DNA of 63,621 nucleotides, filler included, from Rhabdomonas costata (taxonomy: Eukaryota), in NCBI GenBank assembly GCA_019059605.1. It is 20 parts of 20 records of this genome, joined end to end, with 100 filler letters (N's around TTAATTAATTAA, not from the genome) between each part and the next. Parts side by side here need not be neighbours in the genome. Positions count along the whole stretch, not along the records: positions 50,996 to 54,080 come from JAHMHO010001412.1; positions 54,181 to 57,261 come from JAHMHO010001413.1; positions 57,362 to 60,442 come from JAHMHO010001414.1; positions 60,543 to 63,621 come from JAHMHO010001415.1; 16 more parts are not named here. One strand, written 5' to 3'. Below are positions 51,332 to 63,621 of this stretch, piece after piece; the stretch's first letter is position 1, and the number at the start of each line of letters is the position of its first letter. Position numbers and translations under genes: made by a program. Below the pieces are notes generated by a model that did no database searches, was not told the DNA's origin, and worked only from the letters and a program-made list of their open reading frames with translations.

Positions 51332-51922
51332 ATTAGGATTTGGTTTCGTGACACTGCCGTATTTGCTTGCTCAAGTTCAATAGTGGTGCAATTTGCCCAT
51401 CAATTAGGCGTCAACATGTTCTCTTTCCTTTTCGGTTTAGCCCTCATCCAAAGTTTCGGTTGGTGCTGTATATTTTGCGTGAATCTGAATATTTCCCTAA
51501 TATTTGACTATCTTCCATCCGCAAGTCACACCTGAGAAATTATTCGGATAAATGAGCTCTTTTTCCTTTTCCCATGAATGGTTTTGTCCTGAATTTTGGT
51601 TTGGAATTGGACTTGGAATTAGAATTTTTTTCAAAGAGGGCACGGCAGCAGCGCACAGGTTGTTCATGTTCCGGGCCATAGGCAATGCAATAACATACAC
51701 TGGCAACGAAGGAAAAGCGTCGGTGGATTAGAATTTTGGATTGGGTGGGACCTCAACTTAACATAACGGATATTGATGGGATAATAATTGATGTTCGGGG
51801 CCCAACCCGCCTGCTCCATTGGCAAGGTTACCTTGTCGCACAACATTTTTTTTCTTCGAAGACTGTGTACTTTGTTTTCCCCTTTCTCTTTGCACGGGAG
51901 TAGAACCCCGTCATTTCTGCCC

Positions 51923-53777
51923 ATGGCCACTAAGGCGTGGCTGGGGCTGCTGGGGCTTCTTTTAGTGACCTGCCTCTTATTTCTCGCGGCGCCCAACTCC
52001 TCTGCTGACGTCACTTTCCGCAGGTTACTTTTCATTCGCCACTCTCCCTTCTTTTTTCTTTTCTCTGGGAAGTGCCCAACCCTTTTCACAGCGGGAGCTG
52101 GCCGCTGCTTCTTGCTGAGGGGTAAGTTTCCAGACGGAACCGTTGGGAGGATTCAACGAAACTTTTTTACTTTTTTCTTGCTTAGATTTTTGAATCGAGT
52201 GGGGGCGTTCCTGCAGTCCAATGAGACGGTGACGGTTGTTGCGGCTGAATACCCGATTGATTCATGCCTCCGCCAGGTTTGAGCGCAGAAAAATCCACAC
52301 AAAGAAAACCCACGAATCCACGAAAGTAAAACCCGTGCAAGGGAATGTAGGAATGCACGTTTTACCTTCCCATCAGCAGCCCCTCACCGGCTATTGCTGG
52401 TGCTGACGCTCACGCCGGCTGTGGGGTACTGAACCAACTGAGGCACTTTTTTTTCAGGGAAACAAAAACCCCGCATACCCCGTGCCTTGCTCTTTCGTTT
52501 CAGAGCACATCTATTTTCGTTGTTAATTGCCCCTGCCACCCTCAAATCTTCGAAATTCATTTTTGCATGTGTCAGCAAATCACACTGCCCGGCAGTACAC
52601 ATTTTGCAACGTGTTCCTCTGTTAATTTCTGCTTCCACTATGAAATTGCTTTTTTTTTCTTCCTTCCAAGGTTTACTTTGCTTTGCCTTTGCTTTGCTGT
52701 GGCGTAGAGCTAATCTTCGCTATAAAAAGCAACAGAAGGCGGCTATGTCAGGTGCACAACCGAACAAATGACTACACGCAGCGATAGCAAACGTGCTTGC
52801 ATTTCTGCTTCCTAACCGAAATCCCACCTCCCAGTCTGAACCCGTTGAAGGGCACGTCGCTTTGTTCCTTTTCTTTTTGCTTCCACTTTATTTTGACACC
52901 CAGGTTTCCTTCTTCAAGAATGAGTCGCAGATGTGGTCCGATCAGGCCGCCCGGCTGCAGCGTGAGTTGGAGGCTCAGCAGCAGCTCCCTGCCACCACAT
53001 GCAAGCAGGTCTCCAATACCGCTGTTTCATTTTCTCTTTTGTTTTTTCTATTTACTTCCATTGTGGTGTGAAAGCCATCTCAAAAAGGAAGCTGTCTCTG
53101 AATTCTGTGAGCGTGGTTTTGCGCACTCTGTGCGTGTATTGAGCAGGAAGGAGGTGGGGTATGGTATCGAGTTGGGTGATTGGTAGAACTCCTTCCGGCA
53201 CTCTGCCCTTTTCCCAATCTCCCTCGCAGAGGCCGAAGTGAATCGGATGGAGAACCTGTACGACGAACTAGTGAGCCAGGATATCCGCTCGGTGTGCTGC
53301 TGCTGTTGTTGCAACATCTGGGTCAAGGGTCTCAACACAAGTCACAGAAACCCACACTTGCTCTCCACTGCATTTGGCTTCACACTTCCTCACGTCTGAT
53401 CCCGCGTGGTTGGACAACAGCCGATGGGCAGCAAGTCGCGGATGGGGACTTATGATTTGGCGTTGGCAGGTGGTCGTGCATCCCCATGCATTTTCAAGCA
53501 ATTCTTTTGTGTGTGAACCAAAATACGCAACCCGACTGCATTCCCTGTGTCACATGTGTTATTGAACTCCCGCTCAACCGCGAAACGGGGAAGAAATGCC
53601 AGTGTAGACATTGCAGAGTCGAAGGATGTGTGTGGGCGTGCCAGTACCTCAGCGAGGAGCGCCTGGTTTTTCTTTCTTCAGATTGGGGACAACGATTCCG
53701 TGGTAGCACAGGAATTCTATTCTGCTGCCCCGTTCCAGGAGCTGCACACGTGCAAGGCTGATCTGGCGCAATACAAA
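51923..53777 (+). CDS. Hypothetical signal-anchor/coiled-coil protein (partial model)
   Basis: First exon 51923-52023 MATKAWLGLLGLLLVTCLLFLAAP. Candidate exons near 52904-53008, 53230-53291 and 53682-53777. Phases are not fully resolved. Confidence 0.4.
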
Positions 53778-54180
53778 GTTATCGTCACGGACTTAGGTTG
53801 CATGGATGTTTGAACGCTTTCTTGGCAATGTGGAAATTTGTGTGTGCAAGCCTTCGTGAAGAAGCCTTCGTGATTATCGGCATCTGTGCTGCTGGTCTAT
53901 ATGTTGCTTTTGTACTTTGCTTCTTCTTTTTTCTTTGCTATTTCAGTTTTTTTTGGCACATATTCGCACTTGCACCCGAACAATAAGTCATCATCAACAC
54001 TCCAAAGAATGCTCGCATCCTTGGAGTGTTGATGATGACTTATTGTTCGGGTGCAAGTGCGAATATGTGCCAACCAAAACNNNNNNNNNNNNNNNNNNNN
54101 NNNNNNNNNNNNNNNNNNNNNNNNTTAATTAATTAANNNNNNNNNNNNNNNNNNNNNNNNNNNNNNNNNNNNNNNNNNNN

Positions 54181-57162
54181 GTGTGGTGGGGCACGGCGGT
54201 GGGGGTGAGCTTTGGGAGCTCTGTGAACAACCAGAAGGAAAGCCTGCAGAAGGAGCTGGCGATGGTGCTGAACGCCGTGCAGAGCTTCTCGGTCACACAG
54301 GCCCGTCAGCAAGCGGTCTGTGAAAAGGAAAAGCGCACCTTGTGTGTGTCAATCTCCGCTGAAGTTCAAGTTGGATCAGTAGTATCATGGATGCCCTTGA
54401 CGACGGAGTCATTATTGGTGTCTGTTCTTTCTCAACCTTGAGAAAAATCGCTATGTCACGGCAAACACCACCTCTCGACTGCTTCATAGGGAAAAGTTCA
54501 GCGCACCAACCCTTCAATGCCTTCCTCCTTTCGTTCCGTTGGTTACGGAACAGGCCCCCCGTTCGCCACGGCCGACGGGCTGGCCTCTGCCCCTAATCCC
54601 ATTCCTCAAACCAAAATAAACTCGTCAATAATGTTGCTCAATATATTGCGCTTGTAGAACATGCCAAAACTTAACTGGATTAACTGAGCCCCATTCTGAT
54701 ACAGGGACAGGGATGTCATGTGTCACCACTTGCGGGTTCCGCAACTTGCATTTGGAGAGATTTGAAGGGCCAGTTTTGCTGAAATTGGTGGGTAAGGTCC
54801 TCTAACACGCTAGCCAGTGCTCTTGGCTGGCCAACCAAAACTCCGTCGTCGAGGGGCCCGACAAGACAATTTTCAACAGCTATGGCAATGGCGAATTTGC
54901 CGGAATCGAAACAAGCTCATCACAGAATACTCACCCTTCATGTTGTCGGCGGTGTTTTTTATTATCGCGTGCAACGTTTACCATTAGCGCTGCACCCGGA
55001 GGCATGGGAAGGAACGGGATATGAATGTTCTGTCAACAGATAGCATGGTTGTGTGTGGAAGTGTGGCGTTCCATCCGGTAATTGGTCACTGCGAATAGCC
55101 TCGCAGCTTCGTATTTCTTCCTCGCAGCTTAGCCAGCAGTTCAATACTGCGGTAATGGTGGGAGAGATGGTGCAAAGCTTGGTTTATGACAACTGGATCT
55201 CCACCGTCCGCGAGCGTACCTTGAGCGCGGTAGAGCTGATGGCCGTGATGACAGACCAGCTCTTCTTGATGACCTCCAACAGCCGCGCTCAGGAGCGTGC
55301 CACGATAGTGAAGGATCAGCTCTCCGTGATGTTCAGGATGGGCAGCAACCTCAGCGCCTTGGTCACCGCCGTGAACAAGCTGAACAGTGAGCAGCTGGAG
55401 GCAGGCCATGAGATTTTGCTTGTGCAAACCACGCAAAGCGCTGCCGGTGTTGGAGTTTCCTGGGGAACCGGCACGGTGCTTCTGAGCACCCTGCGATACT
55501 GTCCCAACGGCACGCAGCCATGCAGCCCCACAGCCGATCTGCTCACTGCGGCGTCCAGTGCGCTCACGGCGAGCACCGGGAGTTCCTTCCTGGGAAGCAC
55601 CTACACGGGGGACAGCGCCTTTCTGGGATCCGTCCCCGTCTCTGTGATCTCTGGCCTTGGGCTGATCTACGTTCTCCCATTCAGCCTAACCCAGGAGAGC
55701 TTCCTTCGCACCACCATCGATGCGGTGTACGTTGCGAACCTGACGGACTTGACGGGAGACTTCCTGATGCAGAAGAAGTCCAACCCTGGGGTTGTGGTGA
55801 CGGGGTCGTTCTCTCCGTGCACCGTGGGAAGCTGTGCGTATGACCCAGCGGGAGCTGCCGCGCTTGCCGACCCCTCGCACACCTCAATGGGCCTGCCCAG
55901 CTACAACGTTCCCAGCTCACTACCAGTGACATGGGACATGCCCATGCTGAATGCCACGATTATGATAGAACTGTTTATGGTGGATCCCCCGCGTATGCCC
56001 TCGAGTGATGGCGAGTACCACTCCCTCCGAGGGGAGTTCTTCCAGCAGCTTGGAGTGCAGAGCACGCTGCTGAATACTCACCTCAGCGGGACAACAGAGC
56101 TGTTAATCGTGGAGAAAATCACGACCGGTGCAGGCTTCAAGTACCTCACCACACCGAAGTTTATGTCGGAGTGCCAGCCCAACTGCAGCGCAGCCCAGGG
56201 GTCATCCCAAGGCCCCATCAACGCCGCCATACGATGCATCAATGGCACGGGGCTGCTCACCGATTACAGGCATTTTTGCATTTCCAGTGGGTTCATTTTT
56301 ATTTTCTCTCAACCATTCCGGCAAGGCGTTTTTGGGAGTATAATGCCCACGTCTCAAGCGCACAGTCTCCGTCTCCGTGCGAGATGAATTCTTGTATTGC
56401 TGAAGTGCAGCAGTGAGCTGCAATGCTGCTCTCAGAGCGTTTCTTTGCTGCGATATTATTGCATTTTCTCTGTTTGGTTTATTACCGTGTTCTAATACCG
56501 TTTAGCTGTTAGTTGTCATTTGCGAAAATGACATGTTATCTCTCAAGCCTTCTTTACGTGCTCTTAATTATTGAATGCACTCCGGTACCTCGTATATTGT
56601 CAGAACTTCAACAGTCGGCTTTGTTGGTTCCTGGTTACCTCACGGCTTCCAATTTTCATTTACACTCAGGGGCAAGACGGTCCTGGCAGCAACGCTGTGC
56701 TTGCCTCGCCTTGATATCGGTACGTGGCTTTGGTTTTACTACGCAAATGGCGCATATCTTATTTGCAGAAACTGGATCGACAGACATTTGCCCTCTGCGC
56801 CTTCCTGTTCAGGGCTGATCTACAAGACAGATGATTCCGCGGTTGTGCAGCTGAGTATCGAGCACGCCACGGCCTATGCCAACGAACAGAACTTGGAGGA
56901 CACCAGCACCAAGGAGCTGATGATCGGGAAAGCCTATCCTGCCACCACCTCTACCGCCACCCGGCCCAGCTCGGTGCAGTTCCTGTCTGACCTAAAGGAG
57001 GGTCCTGTCAGCTGCGCATCGACGACGAACTCCACGCCGTGCGTGTTTGACGGCGGTGCGGCCAGCGCGATGGCCAGTGCTCTTGAGGGGCAAAGTGGCA
57101 TTACCCTTCAGACGGACTATTCGGGGCAGCCTGTGTACGCGGCGTTCTCGTACTCCAGCGAG
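54181..57162 (+). CDS. Large membrane receptor-like protein with tandem Cache-like extracellular repeats, internal exons
   Basis: Exons about 54181-54300, ~55100-56269, 56670-56719 and 56813-57162. Spliced TDYR|GKTVLAATLCLPRLDIG|LIYKTD and TDYSGQPVYAAFSY match the Cache motif DYRG.PVLAAY......GLV.KID. Confidence 0.7.
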
Positions 57163-57759
57163 GTAAGTGGGATGAATGATTAAAATGGTTGATAGGACGA
57201 GATCGCCGCGTACACAGGCTGCCCCGAATAGTCCGTCTGAAGGGTAATGCCACACAACCACNNNNNNNNNNNNNNNNNNNNNNNNNNNNNNNNNNNNNNN
57301 NNNNNTTAATTAATTAANNNNNNNNNNNNNNNNNNNNNNNNNNNNNNNNNNNNNNNNNNNNTTTTGTGGGTGGCCAACATGAGTGTTCAAGCAACAGTAA
57401 TGGTCAGCGCGGGTGTTCTGGAACAGCCACACCCACACGCGAACTGGTCTCCCAGGATCTTTCCACTTCCTGTGGAAAATTGCTCCTCCCCCTCCCAGAT
57501 TCGAACATCTGAGAATCTGAACATCCAAGCAGGGTGGGTGGCGCCTCTTCCTCAATGACTCTAAACGCATTGGGCACCACAGGAAATGAGACATCCGCTG
57601 TAAACGAGAAGTCATCTCGTTTACCACAAACCTGCGAGCACGCAGCCACACACCTTCCGTAATGTGGAAGATGGGCTGCATTTTCTGATCCCATTCGGAG
57701 TGATGTATATGTACAGGAAAGGGAGCCCTGGCAGGTTTTCTCTTCATGGATGTGCTCAG

Positions 57760-59691
57760 GTGATGCGAAATATCATTGAGAGCACCAACCTGTTTGTGCG
57801 GTGGATGGACGGCACGTGCATCGAGTGCACCCTGGGGGAGATCAGCCCCAAGCCCACCGACGAGAGGGACAGCCCCGTCTTGACCTTCCTCAACGACATC
57901 TCCCAGAACAGCCAGGCACCCGCGCACCTCCGCGTCCTCACACACCACCACGCGAACACGGGTGCCCGAAGGGACCAAACACGTGCGCAACTCACCAAAT
58001 CAATATTTTAAGCGTGAGGTCTCTGCGCAGTCAATAATTGTCCATTCAAGCCCCCCGGCTCAGAGAGAAAAAATTCTCGGATAAACACATCCTGGAACTT
58101 AGCTGTGTGCGCAGGCCTTTGTTTCCTGGACATGCTCGTGTATCAGGTGATGAAGCTGCAGACCATGGTGTACCAGGGGATCCAGAAGACCTTCTTCTAC
58201 GTCAACAAGTACCTGGAGAGCTGGAAGAGGTTCGCGTCGCTGTGGACCCTGGACAAGCAGCTGTTCATCGAGAAGCTGGCCGCGAAGAACTTGACCTGGC
58301 TCGAGTACGACCGCCGCTTTGAGGAGTACACCAAGCTAATCAGGGGCATTGACAACTACCCTCAGGTTCCAGGCTTGTCCCTCCCTGTGGTTATTCCGGC
58401 TGCTAGGTGAAGTATTACTTTGGGTCTCTCCGTAAGAGCTGGCCCCAGGCCACATCTTCCGTCAGGTAGTGCACTGGAGAACCAATGACTGTGATCGGGG
58501 GGTGTCCTTCACCTTAATGTCAAGACCAGGATGGGACTTTTTGTTGCCGGGTTGACCGAACAAAGAGGGAGAAATGTCTCATCACTCTGACAGACAGAGT
58601 GCGAACAGACCGCCGAGTTTGCTCTTCGTTTTATTGCCCATCCACCACTTACATAATGTCAATAAGTCAATAATGATTTTGTTTTGCAAAGGGTAGTTTT
58701 TGGCGTAACAGCGACAGGAAGCCAGGCGGTCCAAGCCGTGCATTTTAGATCACAGCCTTATGCCGCTTGTCTACCGTGGCACAGGCCAAGGACATCGACT
58801 TTGTGTGCGTGGACTGCAACCCCTTGCTGGCGGAAATCCAGAAGGAGACCCGGGTGTGGATCGTGGGGGAGGGCAAGCAACTCAACGACCTGATCCGCCA
58901 AAGGCTCCACAAGCTGCAGGCGAACATGCAGAAGTACTCCGATGATCTGGAGAAGGTGGAGCTCTCGCACTATCCACTCCCTATGCAGCTGCATCTTTCC
59001 CCACCCGTTGGCGAATGAGCTTGCAACCTATATTGCTAGGTACATCAATGACATCAGCTTGCGCCTTACGAGAACAACCATCTTTCCACCCATGTATCCA
59101 CCCACCATGGCGCATGATGATCTCCCGGACTTTGTACCCGTGAGCTGTCGGAGCAGGGAAGCGCTATTGCATTATGTGTGTGTGGTGTTTGAGAGAGAGA
59201 GAGAGACCTTTCTCAGTCGGCATATTAAGTCTTAAGTCTCGCGACTTCTCGAGACTCCGTCATCTCCAGGCAACTCAGTTCCACAGGGGAAGACCTGGAT
59301 GGGGTGGGACCAGAGTTCTAACGCCTAGTCAAGGCCAGCGTGTTAGACCATGATATGGATTCGAGCCGACCTCAGTGCCTGACAGTATCCGTACCAGTGA
59401 TCTCCCTGCGCACCCAGCTCACTGTGTGTGTGGAGGTGCATGGAATTGTGTGTGTACGTGGTTGATGGACAGCCCTGCGACAGCATCGACGAGCTAAAGT
59501 TTGTGCTCAGCGTGATCGCAAACATGAAGACTCAATCCATGGACATTGAGATGCAGTACCGCGAGATCGAGCACTGCTACAGTGCGCTGCGGCAGTATGC
59601 CATCCCGGTGCCCCCGGAGGAGGCCGAGCTGGCCGCCAACCTCCGCCACTTCTGGGCCAATGTCATGGAGCAGGCAAGGCGCCGCGACGAG
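57760..59691 (+). CDS. Axonemal dynein heavy chain (DNAH10/I1-alpha-like), tail-region exons
   Basis: Exons 57760-57915, 58147-58365, 58785-58955 and 59473-59691, all phase 0: FVRWMDGTCIEC, YLESWKRFASLWTLDK, SIDELKFVLSVIA...SMDIEMQYREIE..Y..L..Y.IPV. Confidence 0.9.
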
Positions 59692-60990
59692 GTCCCGCAA
59701 CCTAATCTCCGGCCCACTCCCACATCGCCTCACCCCACCCACCGCCCACATGTGACAGAGAATACATATCTCTATACATCTCTTCCCTGAAATCGTCGTG
59801 AAAGCGCTGTGAAAGCGAAGGGTCGGGGTGAGTCGATCAATAGTGATTGGTTTGAGATTTTCCAAATTCATTTCACACGCACAGGTATTATAATAGTTAT
59901 GCTGGGTCTTCTTTTGGGGGCAGTGTCGTAGATATCAGCGGCCCGACAGATGCGGGTGGCGTTTCATCGAAAAACTCCGTGGCACGAGCACATTTTCTTC
60001 TGCTTTCCAAGTGCTTCACAAGACTGCTTTGGACACATTCTGCCTCAACACAGCTGCCTGTCCCTGACTTTCGTGACAAGTTTTTGTTTACAAAATGTGT
60101 TTCAGTTGTTCCCTAGTTTTTGACCAGGCACCTTCGGAATTTCCATGCACCGTCAAGGGGATGAGCGATTTCAGTTTGGTCCACATCTTGGATGAGGCTA
60201 GATTCCTGGGTGCTGAGAGGAAAGCAGGTTGCCAAACTTCACTCCTGGGCCAGTGACCCAATCATACTTCATGTTGTCGTTGATTTCAGTTGAACAAACC
60301 TCTGGACATAGTTGCTATAGCAGGCTACACCGTAAACTGAGAGTTTTTTTTAACCACGGCACACCACAGGATGCCGCGAAGAACCACCGGCATAAATATA
60401 GGCTAACAAACCTCTGGACATAGTTGCTATAGCAGGCTACACNNNNNNNNNNNNNNNNNNNNNNNNNNNNNNNNNNNNNNNNNNNNTTAATTAATTAANN
60501 NNNNNNNNNNNNNNNNNNNNNNNNNNNNNNNNNNNNNNNNNNTGCAGGAGGGTACGGGGGAGAGGTGCGTGGAGCCGAGCCACCGGTGTAAATGTGGGAG
60601 GTGAGAATAATGGTCCTACCACTAGGTGGATGGGGTGCAGCCAATCATGTGTGCGAGAACTAACCACGAAGGAAAGGGAAGGAAAACTCTAGGCCTCGAG
60701 GGCGGGAGGCAGGCGCAAGTGTAGAAGCCTACAAGGTCGGGCTTTCTGAATTCCGAACACAATTCGTTCGCCACATTTGTGTATCCCTGCCAGAGCAGGT
60801 CAAACAACAGGACAGTGGACGGTATGGTGGCGAGATGTGGGGGACAGGGACGGCGGGTGGTGGTGAGAGAATAGGGGTAAGACACCATCACGGGGTAGCC
60901 GTTCCCGTTCCGTACCACATCCCAACCAATCCGTACCATGGGAATACAACGAAAACCTTGCCCCCAACCCGGCTTCATTGCGGCACAAAC

Positions 60991-63144
60991 CTCCATCCGG
61001 CTGGCCAGGTTGACGGTCTTGCCCCAGATGTCAAAGGCCGGGCACTTCCCTTGCAGTACCCCGGCGATGACAGGGCCCAGGGCAATCCCAAAGCGCATTG
61101 CGCACGCGAACTTCTTCGCGTTCTCGGAGCGGGTGGAACTCATCTCTGCGCTGCCCCGGCTGCTGCTGCCGTGGTGCTTCCCTGTGTTCCCCGAAGATGA
61201 GAGATGAGGAACATCTAATACGGACAGACCGAAGGGGGTTGTTAATACACAAACAACTATTGTACTCCGCTTCCAGGAAATTTGCTTCTCCGTCCGTCCG
61301 TCCGTCCCTGCTTCCGCTCGGTGGTAACGCTTGACTCCGCGAGTCCCAAGTTCCGAAGGGAAGATAGAGCTCGAGGCACATCGTGCGAGGCACCACAGCA
61401 AGAAGCGGCTAGCAACAAAATCCCACATTTTTTCACACCGAACTGGAACAGCCCCCCCCCCCGCAACGACTCAGAGATGGCACTGGAGGCCATTGCAGGT
61501 GGCCACACTTGCCACTCTGATATCGCGGTGGACACTTTTATTTGGCGAACTCGAAAAGCAGGATTGCAAGCAATATAATGCACACCAAACACCAGTTTCT
61601 CCCCTCTAAAACTCCTGAAAACCCAAATTAAGACCAAAAATGTTAAAACTTGGTTTGAAAAGACACTCAAATCAAAAAAGGGCGAAGTTCAGGTGGTTTG
61701 GGATACCAACGAGCTCGGTTGACAATGTTTTTATTTTGGGTATGCTTTTACAACAAAGAGAAGTGACCGCCTTTTGCAGCTCAGTGTAGACTTTTCTTCC
61801 CCAAAAAAACCTCCAGTAAGTCCGAAAGTGTCTCTTTTTTTTTTTTGCACACAAAGGCACACCAAACGAGAGCGTCATACGTCAGACGTTCGCCAAATAA
61901 AAAGGTCCACAGCGATAGCCCTTTTCTGAGCACCCTTACAGCATTATCCTTCCCTTCCTTCGATGCACCTCAGTTTCTATCAGGCTACTTGCGAACCGTC
62001 CCGAAGATGCACAAAACTAACGTAACGTAACGAATATGAAAGATACGTTAGTGCTTCTGTAGCGGAAGCATGTGTTTGCGGGATTCACACCTCGAGCAGC
62101 CGCGCTTCCTCGCCGCAGCAGCACGCTCTTCTCGGCCATGGCCTTGAGACACTCCCCGGTGTCGGGGTGGATGTAGGTCCCGCTGAACAGCTGTACCACC
62201 ACGCTGGCGAAGCTAACCATCTTCAGCGCATGGTTCTCCGAGGAGGCCTCCTCCCCACGGCCGGTCGAAACGCAGATCGGCAGCCCAGTGATGGCCAGGT
62301 AGGCATCCCCAATGGTCTATAAAAAGTGAGGATTCAGTCCGGAACACCGAGACCTTTGTGCGCTTGTGTGGCGCTTTGGGGTCAAAGTTAGGACAACGGC
62401 GACTCCAAACAGTGACGTGTTTTGCTCCAGAAAGACGCAAGAGTGAAAAGGTTATAAGACTATATTGTATACAGTAAAAAGTGCGGTCCTCCGGGAACCA
62501 AGTCAGGTCCAGGGAGATTATCGATGGAGGGAATAGCACAACAAGGTACGAGCAAGCGCAGACATCGTCATCCATCTGATCCGATGACCAACGGATTGTC
62601 AGAGGCGTTGGCCCATTGCTGCCAAGATACAGGCTTAACTCCAACAAGTACAAAGTGGAAGCGGTGGGGTGAACGCTTAGCTGGACAAAGAAGAGGGGCT
62701 CTACAATCTCCGAAAGGGGTGCGCACAATTCGACGTGGGCAAGCCCCCACAGACGGGGTGCCAGTGTTCCAAGGTCGAAGGCAATAATACAAGAACGAAA
62801 AGCTTCTCTTCTTATCGCAAAGCGAAGCAAAAGCAGATCTGGGGTCTTTTACCTCCAGACGCTGCTTGGCCGGTGAGTTCGGCGGTTTGTGTCACTTAGC
62901 GGCGCTCCGTTTTACCGCTTCTTGGTTGAGCGCTTCTAGTCCGGGGCAGCGGAGGGTTTGTCGAGGGTGTGTACTCGTGTGCAGAGGGAGGGAGTGATCA
63001 AGCCTTAATCTTGTACACCCCGTAGAAGTCTGCGCAGTTGTCCATGGTGCGGAAGATGTAGCCGATCCACTGGAGGAGCTCAGTGGGTCCCAGAGAGTTC
63101 GAGAGCATCGTGAAGTTGCAGATGTCCGAGAAGAAGATCGTGGC
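60991..63144 (-). CDS. Class III nucleotidyl cyclase (adenylyl-type) catalytic-domain exons
   Basis: Exons 63144-63004, 62316-62091 and 61181-60991: [54 protein letters not shown]. The K and D specificity residues indicate ATP. Intron 63003-62317 is GC-AG. Confidence 0.93.
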
Positions 63145-63621
63145 CTGAGCGGAGAAAAGACGCAATTGAAGGCCAGAGGAAAAGGTGGCGGCGATGAACG
63201 GGCACTCATACCAACCACAGGAACAAATTCTCACACCAAGGCGACGTCAACCAGTTTGACTCAACACGAGCTCTTTCGGTCCAGAAAGCCGCAGATATCA
63301 GACCACACAGGTGCAAAATGTCACCACGCCCGTGCTTTTCTCCAAGTGCAGTCCAAGATCATGAATTGCCTCTGTTATTCATCACCGAGCAATTTTACTA
63401 TCGGAGCATATTTTATAAATGCAGTTAAAGGACACCAGCTCACTTCCCGGCCCCAGACGCCCGCTCCGGCAGCGGCGCCGCTGGCCTTCGCCCCTAAACT
63501 AATGCTTTCCTGCTCCTCCGCCAATATCCCAACCGCTGGCGAATTCTTAGCCAGCAGTAGTTTTCAGTGCTAAGCAAAACAATCATCTAGGGGCACTGGC
63601 AAAGATTACCTAACCCCAACA

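Noticed and set aside
1478-63144. Euglenid or diplonemid non-conventional (non GT/GC-AG) introns
   Set aside because: I looked for them specifically. Every junction I could model resolves with GT-AG or GC-AG in the correct phase.
15948-63621. Apparent signalling cluster (IP3R, CaMK-like kinase, pLGIC, Cache receptor, adenylyl cyclase)
   Set aside because: These genes lie on separate contigs of near-identical length, apparently grouped by size, so adjacency carries no linkage information.

Overview
This window is not a continuous locus. It is 20 unlinked contigs of about 3.08-3.09 kb, joined by an artificial N44-TTAATTAATTAA-N44 linker. Many contig ends carry G/T-only primer remnants and short fold-backs, which points to a whole-genome-amplified (probably single-cell) assembly. 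The DNA is from an intron-rich eukaryote, most likely a euglenozoan (inferred from the V-ATPase a N-terminus SGLWRSEDM and a kinetoplastid-like hypothetical protein). I reconstructed exons by hand for fragments of: NADP alcohol dehydrogenase, CCZ1-like longin, WW/Pin1-like protein, IP3 receptor, WD40 protein, V-ATPase subunit a, two SGNH hydrolases, a Sel1-repeat protein, a CaMK-like kinase, DDX52, GPR89, cyclophilin PPIL3, a multi-Cache receptor, axonemal dynein heavy chain and a class III adenylyl cyclase. A decayed Ty3/Gypsy integrase is also present. The most notable observations are: an intron-containing, signal-peptide-bearing homolog of bacterial CDP-diacylglycerol pyrophosphatase (Cdh); a pentameric ligand-gated ion channel fragment; an unusually high share of GC-AG introns (5 of about 45 modelled donors); tandem Cache-like sensor repeats; and IP3R and WD40 exons facing each other. 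All family assignments come from recalled motifs, not database searches.
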